Source: Candidatus Latescibacterota bacterium
GTDB taxonomy: Bacteria; Latescibacterota; UBA2968; UBA8231
Assembly (NCBI GenBank): GCA_965205655.1
Contig: CBDBIJ010000006.1
Coordinates: 1-28,003 of the forward strand
Reading direction: 5' to 3'
DNA length: 28,003 nucleotides
Shown here: positions 27,478 to 28,003 of the stretch, in pieces
Numbering within the stretch: position 1 is the first letter of the stretch
Layout of the letters: each line of letters starts with the position of its first letter
Program-made: the position numbers and the translations under genes
The notes under the pieces: model-generated
The model's database searches: none
The model's input: the letters and a program-made list of their open reading frames with translations, nothing else
Told to the model about the DNA's origin: nothing

Positions 27478-28003
27478 AGCGCGTCAAACGCACGGTTGAA
27501 ATCGGCACCGTGGATCCAGCGGCAGGAGCTGTGGCAGAGGATCTGGATGCTAGAATCGAGGCGATCAGCTGCTGGTCCTCTCGGACTGGAGGCGGTGGCC
27601 GAAGAGCTGCAGAGGGCGGTCATGGAATTGGCCGGGCGCCGGTATCACGCAAGGAGTCAGATCAGCCGTACCGTCGCTGGGGCTCTCAGCGGGGATCGGT
27701 ATATCCGGGGTGATCAGAAGGTACCCGTAGAGGTGCCCCGGGTACGCAACGTCGACAGCGACACGGAGGTCGCGCTGGACGCCTACCAGGCCCTGCAGAC
27801 GCCCCGGAAAATGGACGAAGGACTGCTGCAGAAGGTGTTGAAGGGTATCGCCACTCGCAACTACGAGGACTGCGCCGAGACCGTACCGGAGACGTTCGGC
27901 CTGTCACGCTCGTCGGTCTCCCGTCGCTACGTGAAGGGCACGGCTCGCAAGCTGGCCGAATTCCAGGAGCGCTCCCTGGAAGGCTACGACCTGGTGGCGC
28001 TGT
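27478..28003 (+). mobile_element. Second, diverged IS256-family element: 5'-truncated, frameshifted, runs off the right edge
   Basis: Paralogous to 26186 onward (GCGTCAAACG, ATCGAGGCGATC, CGCTGGGG, GCCACTCGCAACTACGAG, GGCACGGCTCGCAAGCTGGCCGAATTCCAGGAGCGCTCCCTGGAAGG). Lacks its own left end. Confidence 0.85.

Overview
GC-rich bacterial window with three zones. (1) 1-5.5 kb, accessory: a minus-strand integron gene-cassette array without an integrase in the window. It has an attI-like site at 3480-3498, a complete YdeI/OmpD-family cassette ending in a 90-bp attC (2775-2864), and a second, apparently two-gene cassette. The first gene of that cassette (327 aa when restored, HEPN-like C-terminus) is split by an IS1182-family element with a CTAG duplication. 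An IS1380-family element with non-matching flanks sits where intI would be expected and truncates a Spy/CpxP-like gene. (2) 5.5-26 kb, mostly housekeeping/metabolic: a hypothetical protein, a VOC remnant, a membrane metallophosphoesterase, a class III aminotransferase with a Gfo/Idh/MocA oxidoreductase, an orphan receiver protein, a beta-barrel protein, hemA-ccsA/hemX, a coiled-coil lipoprotein, a penicillin-acylase-family Ntn hydrolase, a yejABEF-type ABC transporter and a PQQ dehydrogenase. The 12.07-12.6 kb intergenic region holds a candidate ~340-nt structured minus-strand RNA with its own promoter, terminator, five hairpins and a 13-nt extended Shine-Dalgarno in front of a 12-codon ORF. 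(3) 26-28 kb: two abutting IS256-family elements. Many genes carry single-base frameshifts, often in homopolymers, which most likely reflect long-read consensus errors. Family assignments are by motif recognition only; no database searches were run.
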